From NCBI RefSeq assembly GCF_001194135.2, contig NC_068981.1, forward strand, positions 186,302,245 to 186,335,183: a stretch of DNA of 32,939 bases. The letters run 5' to 3'. Shown piece by piece: positions 11,071-20,953 of the stretch; the first letter of the stretch is position 1, and each line of letters begins with the position of its first letter. The position numbers were made by a program, and so were the translations under genes. The notes beneath the pieces were generated by a model that saw only the letters and a list, made by a program, of their open reading frames with translations, was not told the DNA's origin and ran no database searches. Source of the DNA: Octopus bimaculoides (lineage: Eukaryota).

Positions 11071-11118
11071 GTCTTACAGCTGTTTCTGGGATATTATGGA
11101 TATCCCTTCATCAGAGAC
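11071..11118 (-). ncRNA. Minimal type-I hammerhead ribozyme motif, probably from a PLE pseudo-LTR
   Basis: Minus strand RNA: GUCU-CUGAUGA-A-GGGAUAU(CCAUA)AUAUCCC-A-GAAA-C-AGCU-G-UA-AGAC. It has a 4-bp stem I, an intact core, a 7-bp stem II, a palindromic stem III (ACAGCUGU) and a GUA cleavage triplet. Confidence 0.8.
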
Positions 11119-13422
11119 GATGTGAGATGGTTAAATAGAGGTGAATGTTTGGGTTCGAAATAAGGAATTATTGTGGAAAAGGAAGAGAAAGGGAATATAG
11201 AGGGAAATAAGAGAATGGAAGTAGGAATAAAATATAAAACATTGCAGTTGCAGTTCGGTTATTCGTGTAAAGTGGTGTATAGAAGTGGTAAAAAAGTTTC
11301 CTGTACATGGTGTGTAAGTTCTAATAGAAGTTCATGTTTAGTCATTTCTGAGTATGGAGCCGTGTATTCTGTGATGCTCATTTGAAGGGGTTACGTGTAC
11401 ACACACACACACACACATACACCAGGTTTGGGGAGAAGGTGTTTAGAATTTCAAACAGAGTATACTTTGTCTGTAATGTATGTTAGATTTTCGATAATTT
11501 TGTATTTTTGATCATTTACTTTGAAATACACCTGTATGCGGAAAACTTGAGAAATACACCGTAATATCATTTAAATGAGTCCTGAAATATTCCGTTAGGA
11601 AAAGTTTGGCACCAACTTTGAATGCATTTTCCGTAAAGCAGGAGGGTTTATTCAAAATGTGAGACGTATTATAACCCGATGGGCAAAGTAATCCAAAGGC
11701 CGTCTATAGTATTTATAGATTGCAATCTACAGCATACATAGTTTAGCGGTGGATCCCTTGATCCGTGAAATCTCTGAGAAACTGTTGCGTGAGCCCATGC
11801 TTTCTGAGAGCTTTAGGTAGATCCGAATATAAGATCAGATGTATTCTTTTACTTGTTATTTGACGGCAAAATTACAGATATTACTGATGTAGATGCGTAT
11901 ACTGTCGACAAATGAAGTTTTGAAAAGTGAAACTTTTAAACTAAATCATAAAGTATATATAAAGATTCTAAAGATGAATAGTAAATGAGTGAGTGGTTTT
12001 TAACCAAAAGAAATATATCATTTGATATTTTGGCTCATGAAAAATGAAAGGTTATATCTAATTAATGTTGATTGTGTTTACATCTAACAAATGCCCTCTC
12101 AAGTTTTTACTCTTTCTATATTTTTATATTTAATTGCAAGCATCAGTTACAATTACTTTCATTGCATATTCTAAATGACTTTACGTTAGAACAAGCGACA
12201 TGTTTTCACAGTTTGAATCTAATTGGATGACTGAAGATTGAATTATTCAATTGCGATATTTGAAGTAAACAAAAAAGGAATATGATATAAAGGAATGTTA
12301 AATAAGTAAATATATTTACACTGTCTTCCATATCATATACTTTTTAATATGTTAAGATTCTGTCTGATATACACGAGGCATCTTACAAATATGTTATTGA
12401 TAACTTTTGATGTAAATCTTAAAACGTTATAGATACTGGCTTTAAAATAACCACAGTTACTTTAACATTCGTATAAATGTTAAAATAGATGCATATTGAA
12501 TGTGTTTTATATTCACGTCTTAATTTTGATAGTGTGGGGTTCAAAAACAGCTTCAATAGAATAAAATGTATTTATAGAGAATCATTAGTGATAATAGTAC
12601 AGTTGTAATGTTATGTGTATCTACGACCTATTAATTTGCTCGCTCCCAACATCGTTTCTATGAGTGACGTTGAAGTAATTGATTTCAGCTTGAATTTGTA
12701 CAGTTCGATGTATATCGTTCGATGAATTTCTAGAGTACAATGCCTATCGGAAAGACTTTGATAATGAGCGAATTGAAGCGAACTGAAGTTGTGAATAGAA
12801 GATTTAGTCAACGAATTTATTAGAGATTTTAAAAACATGAGAGAACAGTTGGAGGGAGTAGAAAAAATGTAGAACAGTTTGAGCCAATAACGGAAGGCTG
12901 TAGAGCAGGGCTGGGATTGGGATTTTAAGTATGTCAATCACTGAAACTTTGTCTAAGCATCGAATTTTTTTTTTAACTGAAGATGTAGTTTTGAAAGGAT
13001 ATATGTGTGTGTATGTATGCATATATTTCTATATCGGTGTACACTTTTCGATACATGAGAGCGTTTAGTAATCATTTTGTTTCATAAATGGGATACACAC
13101 GCAAATGTGGGTCACATCTGTATTCTGTAGGTCGACAATTGTTTCGAGTTAATGTTATTTGAAAGAACCTATTTGCTTTCATTTAGAACAAAAATGTATA
13201 ATTACCTCCTGGCATGTGTAGGATACGACAGATAAACAGATATATTTAATTCCGTGTTTACTAAGGCATTGAGTTTTTATAAACAACATCTGGTGAAACG
13301 TTAGTTCTAATGTAAATGTTTCTGTCGTTTTAGTATGCACATTGTGAGAAAACCTGTATTGGCATAATCCACTGATTGCTATTATTATCTACACAGAATA
13401 CCCCATATTTTTGTATAAATTA

Positions 13423-13644
13423 TACGAGGGTGTGCTGAAAATTTCCTGGCTTTGGGCAAAAGAAAATACAAGAGGATCAGCTGATTATGATTCTGTTGAA
13501 CATATTCCTCTCTCAGATTTCCACACTTATTGCATCAGTCCATCAGTGTTTTTAAGCCCTTTAAAAAGCTCAGAAGTTTGGGCCTCCAACCAGGACTCTG
13601 GCAATAACCGTAAAGCCAGGAACTTTTCAGCATCCCCTGGTGTA
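13423..13644. mobile_element. Tc1/mariner-type MITE with TA termini
   Basis: Left end TA-CGAGGGTGTGCTGAAAATTTCCTGGCTTT (13423-13453). Right end AAAGCCAGGAACTTTTCAGCATCCCCTGG-TG-TA (13612-13644). The inverted repeats match at 25/29; no ORF. Confidence 0.85.
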
Positions 13645-13646
13645 TG

Positions 13647-13682
<36 letters not shown>

Positions 13683-13773
13683 TTATATAAAGGGCATTAA
13701 CTGTGTAGTAATGTCTCACGCTTCGAGGGACTAAATAAGTCAAAAACTACCAAAAAATAAGCAACATATTTAC

Positions 13774-14205
13774 NNNNNNNNNNNNNNNNNNNNNNNNNNN
13801 NNNNNNNNNNNNNNNNNNNNNNNNNNNNNNNNNNNNNNNNNNNNNNNNNNNNNNNNNNNNNNNNNNNNNNNNNNNNNNNNNNNNNNNNNNNNNNNNNNNN
13901 NNNNNNNNNNNNNNNNNNNNNNNNNNNNNNNNNNNNNNNNNNNNNNNNNNNNNNNNNNNNNNNNNNNNNNNNNNNNNNNNNNNNNNNNNNNNNNNNNNNN
14001 NNNNNNNNNNNNNNNNNNNNNNNNNNNNNNNNNNNNNNNNNNNNNNNNNNNNNNNNNNNNNNNNNNNNNNNNNNNNNNNNNNNNNNNNNNNNNNNNNNNN
14101 NNNNNNNNNNNNNNNNNNNNNNNNNNNNNNNNNNNNNNNNNNNNNNNNNNNNNNNNNNNNNNNNNNNNNNNNNNNNNNNNNNNNNNNNNNNNNNNNNNNN
14201 NNNNN
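13774..14205. other. Assembly gap
   Basis: N-run. Confidence 1.
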
Positions 14206-14217
14206 TATATATATATG

Positions 14218-14251
<34 letters not shown>

Positions 14252-14265
14252 TGTATGTATGTATA

Positions 14266-14417
14266 TATTCGACATATTCCCCTCTCGCACTCACAGACTT
14301 ATTGCATCAGTTCTACAGCTTTTCTAAGCCCTGTAAAGGAGCTTAGAAGGTTGGGCCTCCAACCAGGCTTTATGCAATACACTTAAAGGCAGGAATTTCT
14401 CAGTAACCCCTCGCGTA
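14266..14417. mobile_element. Second, partial copy of the same mariner-type MITE (right half)
   Basis: Shares ACATATTCC.CTCTC, ACTTATTGCATCAGT, TAAGCCCT.TAAA and TTGGGCCTCCAACCAGG with 13499-13644, and ends in a diverged right inverted repeat ...CAGTAACCCCTCGCGTA. Confidence 0.8.
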
Positions 14418-15048
14418 CAAAGTCTCAGCCGGACAATATTGGTCAACGCTTCTGCACCTGTTTTTAGGAAGGCTGGCAGTTGTCCGTCCATAAAAGCCTA
14501 GCAGTTTTTATCGATTTGGACCAATATAACTCAGTACCGTTGTCGCCGCATGCAATGCTGTCAGAACGTAAAGAGTTTGAATAGAGGCCACAGAGCATGA
14601 CGAAGTACACAGTGATCTCAGCAAAGTATACTGTTGATATGCCAAGCTGCCGGAGAGTAGAATATAACCACTATTAATATATTATGATGGTACCATGTTG
14701 TGGATTATCTATACAGCTGCTTTAAAACATTCAGTTGGGCTTTAAAAATAAGGTTTATTAAAAGTTTGATTTGACTGCTATTTCTAGTAAGTCAAGCTAA
14801 AACATGCAATCATCCACTTTGATTATTGTTCTTAAATCATCTATTATTAAATTTTCTTTGGTGAAAGGAATGATGCAACAAAAAAAAATGGACGTTTTCA
14901 CATGGAAATTCTAAAATCTATTTTATAGTCTTTGTGAAAATATTAGCGAAGGCCACGCAATATTTCTTCTTAGTTTTCCGTGCCTATCATACATTTATCT
15001 AATAAACCCGTTTAGTTCGGTACGTTTATTGGATTGTAAATTGTAGGA

Positions 15049-15269
15049 ATGTCACATGACCAACCAGCAGTATGCACACATACACACGCAAACAGAAATA
15101 TATATAAATGCATAAATATACACATGCATGCGAATATGCATATGCATTACGTATATGTATATGTATATATATTTACATTCATATGCATGTCGATATATAT
15201 AAATATCAAAATGCATGTACATCAGCATATATCTATATACTTATAAGTGTATATACCCACATGTAAACT

Positions 15270-15304
<35 letters not shown>

Positions 15305-15510
15305 ACCTATATGTGTATGTGGATATATATCTTTCCATGCATGAATCCATGTAGTTAAGAGAGCCTTTGTATGTGAGCGCTTTACTACGCATATACATGC
15401 ATCCACATATTGTACATTTTTGTATACACACCAGTATGTACGTGCGTATATATGCATGTATGTATTTATGTGAGCGCGCGGATGTGTGTGTATATATGTG
15501 TGTGTTGTGG
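15049..15510. repeat. Degenerate (TA)/(CA)/(TG) low-complexity tract
   Basis: Alternating purine-pyrimidine sequence with a pure TA run at about 15273-15300. Confidence 0.9.
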
Positions 15511-15858
15511 GATGGGGGGGGGTGATGACTGTATTACCGAAATTTACCATTAAGCACTCAGAAACATAATTGAACCCCACGGAAAACAATTCAGTTAGAT
15601 GAAATAATGGAAAAATCTAAAAGTTTGTTTTCGGAAAATCCAAACATGAATTATGAAAGAATAGAAACAACGAAGAAAAAAAAATAGTAGAAAATAACAG
15701 AAAATAAATAAACAAGAGGAAAATTGCAAATATATACCATGATGTTGATGATTTTTATTGCTTATTGTTTGACATAATGATAATGTTATATGGAATTTTG
15801 CAGTAACTTTTACAAAACGTCACAAACTACTTCATGTTTCTCTTTATTTCATTCTATA

Positions 15859-15874
15859 CCGCTGGGTGGCGCTG
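15859..15874 (+). promoter_or_regulatory. CTCF-like motif
   Basis: CCGCTGGGTGGCGCTG is one mismatch from the core consensus CC(A/G)C(C/T)AG(A/G)(G/T)GGC(A/G)C. Motif match only. Confidence 0.35.
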
Positions 15875-16142
15875 CAAGTGGGTGGTCATGTAGTTGCTGC
15901 AGTTTGTACGTAGCTGCTGTGTAGTTTGTGTTTGTGGTGGTGGTGGTGGCGGGAGAAATGGAATTGTTGTAAAAGCAGTAATGAGATTCTATTTTTTTTT
16001 TTATCAAGATAAATACGATCGGTGCTTCCGTTTGTTTACTTAAGAAAAAAAATTTCTCATTTTTATTTAGCCAAGATGGAATAATAACAGACTTAGGAAT
16101 TGGAAAATTTCAAAGAAATATTTGCTTGTATATTATATTATT

Positions 16143-16200
16143 AGGCAGTGGGCTGGCAGAGTCGTTAGAACGTAGGACAAAATGCCGAGCGTAATTTAGT
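16143..16200 (+). mobile_element. SINE family B head fragment
   Basis: AGGCAGTGGGCTGGCAGAGTCGTTAGAACG..GGACAAAATGC resembles the 30640 head. Confidence 0.7.
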
Positions 16201-16297
16201 TAGATCCACTGCGAAGTTTTCCCACTAATAAATGCTCCGTAGTTATTCTTAAACTTACTTTAAAATACCTGGATTGTTAGGAGAGAGAGATAGTCTA

Positions 16298-16440
16298 TTA
16301 TTGCACTGACCCCCAGTAATTCACTAGTATTCATTTCATCGATCCCGAAAGGATGAAAAGCAAGGTCGACCGCAGTGAAATCTGGATTCAGAACAAAAAG
16401 ACAGACAAAATGGCGTGAAGTATTTTGTCCGAACTTGCAT
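16298..16440 (-). mobile_element. SINE family B fragment, minus strand
   Basis: GATCCCGAAAGGATGAAAAGCAAGGTCGAC...ATTCAGAAC is the reverse complement of the family body. Confidence 0.75.
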
Positions 16441-16547
16441 TAAGATTGTAATCTTAACACGCACACATAGACACAGAAATATTTACATACGTACTTGCAA
16501 ATATACATATATACAGACAGGCAGACGGGCATATATTTCCATCCATC

Positions 16548-16630
16548 CACCCATCAATCCATCCATCCATCCATACATACATACATACATACATACATAC
16601 ATACATGCATACATACATACATACATACAA
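16548..16630. repeat. (CCAT)n to (TACA)n microsatellite
   Basis: Tetranucleotide runs. Confidence 0.95.
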
Positions 16631-16647
16631 TCCATAGCCACTTATAA

Positions 16648-17445
16648 AAAAAGGAGTACTGGTGGAATATCCCAGTGAAGCCAGTGAAGACCTTAATAAA
16701 ATGTAAGCAAAATAGACCTGATATAATGATTTGGGAAAGAGAGGAGAATATGTGTACAGTTGTGGAAATTAGCTGTCTAGCGGATGTTAACATGAAGCTG
16801 ATGATCAGTGGAAAGGAGAATTTCCACGCTGAACTATTGAGAAATCTGCAGTTACTCTACCCATATTACAAGTTCAGGTTTATACCTGTAATTACTGTGG
16901 CCATGGGTTATGTGACACACTGCCTAAATACCAATCTTGAGAAATTAGGCTTCTCAGAACTAGAAAGAAAGTTAATTTGAAGACTATACATCCAATCCAT
17001 CACTGGAACTGAAAAAAATCTGTAAAACGTTCCAGAAATTTATCATTTAAATATATATATATATGAGCATGTGTAGATATGCAACTATATGCATGAGAAT
17101 ACATACAAATCTGCACATACATACATACATACATACATACATACATACATACATTAACTTTCCAGAAGTTTATCATTTAAATATATATCAGCATGTCTGG
17201 ATATGCAACTATATGCATGAGAATACATACATAAAACATACAAATCTATACATACATACATACATACATACATACATACATACATACATACATACATACA
17301 TACATACATACAAACAAAACTACCTCGTTGATGCTGAAAATTCCAATGAAGGAGCCTTGGATCTATGTTAGAAACCGGCTCTTTATCTATTGGCAAGAAA
17401 TCTTGAAATAAAACTGAACAATGACATACATACACACACACTTAC
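16648..17445 (+). mobile_element. 5'-truncated non-LTR retrotransposon with a restriction-like endonuclease (RLE) C-terminus and 3' UTR, R4/Dong- or NeSL-like
   Basis: KKEYWWNIPVKPVKTLIKCKQNRPDIMIWEREENMCTVVEISCLADVN...ELLRNLQLLYPYYKFRFIPVITVAMGYV fits the RPD...(D/E) PD-(D/E)xK-type RLE pattern. In-frame stop at 16978-16980, after which the frame resumes (RLYIQSITG). Clade assignment is tentative. Confidence 0.8.
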
Positions 17446-17810
17446 ATACATACATAAATACATACATACACGCATGCATACATACATCCCAACGTACAAA
17501 CAAAACCACTAGAAATGTCAGGCTTTTCTAAGAGGAAAAGCAGATGACACTCGTCCATGAAATCCGATCTATTATTGACTCACTGAAAATTTGTTAGACC
17601 TTCCAAAATTTCTCCAACTGAGATACTTAAATGAATATATGCATACACTTGGTTGTGTTCATCCAAAAAGACACATATGTAATAGGTAAAAATGTATGCA
17701 ACGTGCGCTCACTAACTCAGCTATTGAGAAAGTCTGGTCCTTCGGTTAGCGACCGGCTTGAACTGTATTGAGAAGATCTTAAATTAAGCTCAATGAAAAT
17801 ATATATATAC

Positions 17811-18179
17811 AGGAGTGGATATGTGGTAAGAAGGTTGCTTACCAACTACCTGGTTCCGGGTTCTACTGAAGCGTCAGATTTACCAAAGCCTGTGAATGGA
17901 TTTGGTAGACGGAAACTGAAAGAATCCCGTGTTATGTATATATATGTGTATGTGTGTGTGTTGTGTCTGTGTTTGTCCCCTCACCACCCCTTAGTCAGTA
18001 ACCGGTGTTGGCGTGTTCAGGGCCTGCAACTTAGTTATTTGGCAAAAGAGCCTGCTAGAGTAAGTACCAGGCCTTTAGAAAAAAAAAACGAATCGAGGTC
18101 GATTGATTCGACTAAAAATTCTTCAAGGTGGACCTCCTGTATGGCCACAGTCTAATGACTGAAGCAATTAAAAGATAAA
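17811..18179 (+). mobile_element. SINE family A, diverged, with an internal deletion after the tRNA-like head
   Basis: GTGGTAAGAAGGTTGCTTACCAAC...GGTTCCGGGTT head, GGATTTGGTAGACGGAAACTGAAAGAA core and ATGACTGAAGCAATTAAAAG tail. Confidence 0.85.
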
Positions 18180-18237
18180 CCCCACACGCACAAACGCCCG
18201 CACATACGCCCGCACACACACCTGCACACACACGTAG

Positions 18238-18325
<88 letters not shown>

Positions 18326-18490
18326 ACACACACACACGCATACGCACACTCACGCACGCACGCACACACACAAACGCAAGCATGCGCAAACACACACACA
18401 CGCACATACACAAACGCATGCACGCACTCGCACGACGCACCCACACACATACAGATACACACACATAAAAACACACGCACATACACACAT
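18180..18490. repeat. (CA)n microsatellite with CG-containing variants
   Basis: Pure CA run at about 18240-18322 with degenerate flanks. Confidence 0.95.
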
Positions 18491-19769
18491 ACCATCGTTT
18501 GGTAATTTCTGTTTATCATGAAATCTTAATATATTCGTTTTGCGATGTTCAGCTTTGCATTTTGTGTTCATTTTCTGTCCGTGTGTTTTAAAGTTTAGTA
18601 CTTTTTGACATCAAAGTAGCTCTAATCGAAAATAAGGGAAATCTTGGTTATGTTGATTGACTCGATTTCGTTATATCCCCGTCAATTAGTGTATCAATTC
18701 TCGTAAAAATTACAGGTGAAAAGCACTTATTTATTGCTTGAACTGAAAGCTAAGTTCTCGTAAAGATTTCTGTGTTTTTGGGGGTTTTTTTTTTTACATT
18801 AGCGACGGTGTTTTAATAATAGTAAAGAAGAGGAGCTTCAGTTTTTAAACACGTTGAGAAAGTGAATGTTTATAACTAGCATTTACACACTGCGCCATTA
18901 TACTCTATAATTACAGATTTACGTTTTTTCTATCTCCAAGCATTATAACTGATCAAATTTAGATGTGATGTACAACTTATGTTGGCAAATTCCTTGCTCG
19001 ATTAAAATCAGGATAATCCATGGGAAAAAGATTTTGACCGTAAATCAAGACACTTGCCGAAGCAGTTTGTCGGTAACTAACTCTACTTGTGTTAATAAAT
19101 CTTGTCTCCCCTCCAACCATTACCATCCCTTCTTTGCAATAAACCATTCCTAGTATGAAACGTTAGGACATCCCAGCAGATGGTTCTTACACCATTTTTG
19201 CATTTTGCTATAGACAGCGATTTGGCTTACATCGAGTCTCGTGTCCGGCACGCATTGTTGACAAGTGACAGAAATACGAAACATCGATGTCTATGACTCC
19301 TGAGTGGGACCAGATGCGTGTTATTTAGCTTGTCTACGACTTCCAGGTGTTTTAACAACAGACAAATTGATGATAACATACTCTCTTACTCCTAAAAGCG
19401 CAACCTATCACGAGCTAGCAAAACATATATCTTATGTGTTCGATATAGTTTATAAACCATTCCCCCTTTATATATATATATATATATATATATAATCTAT
19501 TTTTAGAAGTTCTGCATTTTTTCCTTAAAATGTACCCTTACTGGAGTCGTAACCATACTTTTTATTATAAACATAGAAAGATAGTATTCAGCGGGACTCG
19601 ATCGGTTTTCGGAACAGTAAAGCATGATTTCATGTTGATCAGGCTACAATTACTGGCAGGCAACTTCCAGAATAGTACAATAAATCAGCAGCCAAGTAAT
19701 AGGGTCGATTTAATCGACTAACACATCGGAACCGCTGGCTCCGCACCTGAATTAGAAACAGCTGCTGTT

Positions 19770-19870
19770 TGAAGGTCGATAAAATTACACATCAGTCAAA
19801 TACTATCACCAACGTATTCTCCTCCTAATCAAAATTGCTGCGTTCTGTCTAAATTAGAGACAACATTATT
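19770..19870 (+). mobile_element. Highly diverged SINE family B 3' fragment
   Basis: GGTCGATAAAATTAC...CAGTCAAATACT...AAAATTGCTG...ATTATT resembles the family B 3' half. Confidence 0.45.
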
Positions 19871-20519
19871 AGCATATAAAGGAAAAACTTAGAATGATCC
19901 TCGGTGATTCTGATCCGTTATTACTTAAAGTATTAATCTGTTCCTATTTACACAGTCTTATTTAAAGCATACAGTGAATCAACGTTTGTTAAGACTGCTT
20001 AATGGCTTGTAGCAAAGGTTACTGCCAGTGACAGTATACGAACCAGCGGTCCGCCGGCCAGTATTCTGTCAGTGTACCAATTCGGTCAGCTGCATAGCTC
20101 ACATTAGCAATATTGTTTCAATCAAGAAGACTTCAATTATTCACAAATGCCTGGGGCATAAAACATGTTTGCCTATAAATGCATGTGGTGGACATTATCA
20201 ATGAAAAGACATTACCTTTACTATAATTATAATAGCTATTAAAGATGCATTGATGCACTGATGTGAATAATATTGGGCGATGTTTTAATTAAATATATAC
20301 ATTCCAACCACTTCATTAATAACCATGCATTACTCCTGAATTAAGAAGGGTGAGAAAAACACTTTAAATCATTCTATATAATGTGTTAGCATTAGCGTTG
20401 CCTTTTAAATTCAGTGAGATATTTCATGAGAAAGATGATTTACAAAAATTTAATTATATAACTACAAACTACTATAAACAAAATAACCCATTCCCCCCGT
20501 ATTTTATAGATGCATATGT

Positions 20520-20838
20520 GGAGGCGCAATGGCCCATTAGTTAAGGCAGCGGATTCGCGGTGATAGGTTCGTGGTTTCGATTCCCAGACCGAGTGTTGTG
20601 TGTGTTTATTGAGCGAAAACACCTAAAGCTCCACGAACCTTAGGTAGGGGGTGTAGCGAGCCCTGCTGTAGTCTTTCACCACAACTTTCTCTCACTCTTC
20701 CTTTTTCTCACACTCTGTGTCACGCTGAATCTCCCCGAGAACTAACTACATCAAGGGTACACATATCTGTGGAGTGCTCAGCCACTTGCACGTTAATTTC
20801 ACGAGCAGAGTGTTCCGCTAATCGGATCAACTGGAACT
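20520..20838 (+). mobile_element. tRNA-derived SINE, family C, 3' module type 1
   Basis: Head GGAGGCGCAATGGCCC...GGTTTCGATTCCCAGACC carries A/B boxes. The body is shared with the 25210 copy; the 3' end GTGGAGTGCTCAGCCACTTGCACGTTAATTTCACGAGCAG is different. Confidence 0.88.
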
Positions 20839-20916
20839 AATACACCTACATGTCGTTCCCTCACCTGTCTTCGTCGTTTGTTTTCTCTAAATTTGAACTA
20901 TATATAAACATATACA

Positions 20917-20953
<37 letters not shown>

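Noticed and set aside
12606-12937. Minus ORF of 108 aa and protein-like plus-strand stretches (DEFLEYNAYRKDFDNERIEAN; EDLVNEFIRDFKNMREQLEGVEKM)
   Set aside because: No recognisable motif, and the plus segments lie in different frames with stops. A tBLASTx/HHpred search could reveal a decayed element, but I cannot support one.
13700-13773. Minus-strand GUCCCUC-GAAGC-GUG as a hammerhead 3' half
   Set aside because: No CUGANGA core or complementary stem strand upstream, and GAAA is mutated.
15049-18571. ORFs rich in YI, HT, CV or YV dipeptides (also 2141-2559, 22534-22767, 26096-26364 and 28553-29020)
   Set aside because: They are translations of TA/CA/TG/TACA/TAT repeats and SINE bodies with no protein signature. 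The exception is 16675-16980, the RLE ORF, which is kept.
3782-19290. Other weak + strand exon candidates (about 3782, 9267, 11719, 17596, 18597, 19013, 19213; also 27311 and 29256)
   Set aside because: Each is a short open frame between plausible AG and GT sites, but the signals are weak and no homology is recognised. Such hits are expected by chance in AT-rich DNA.
20005-20110. LVAKVTASD segment reminiscent of a cadherin repeat
   Set aside because: It lacks the following DxD/GxN calcium-binding residues, is bounded by stops, and no other cadherin motifs are nearby.
20520-20600. tRNA-like sequences with A and B boxes (also 25210 and 30640)
   Set aside because: They are SINE heads that continue into family-specific bodies and tails, not standalone tRNA genes.
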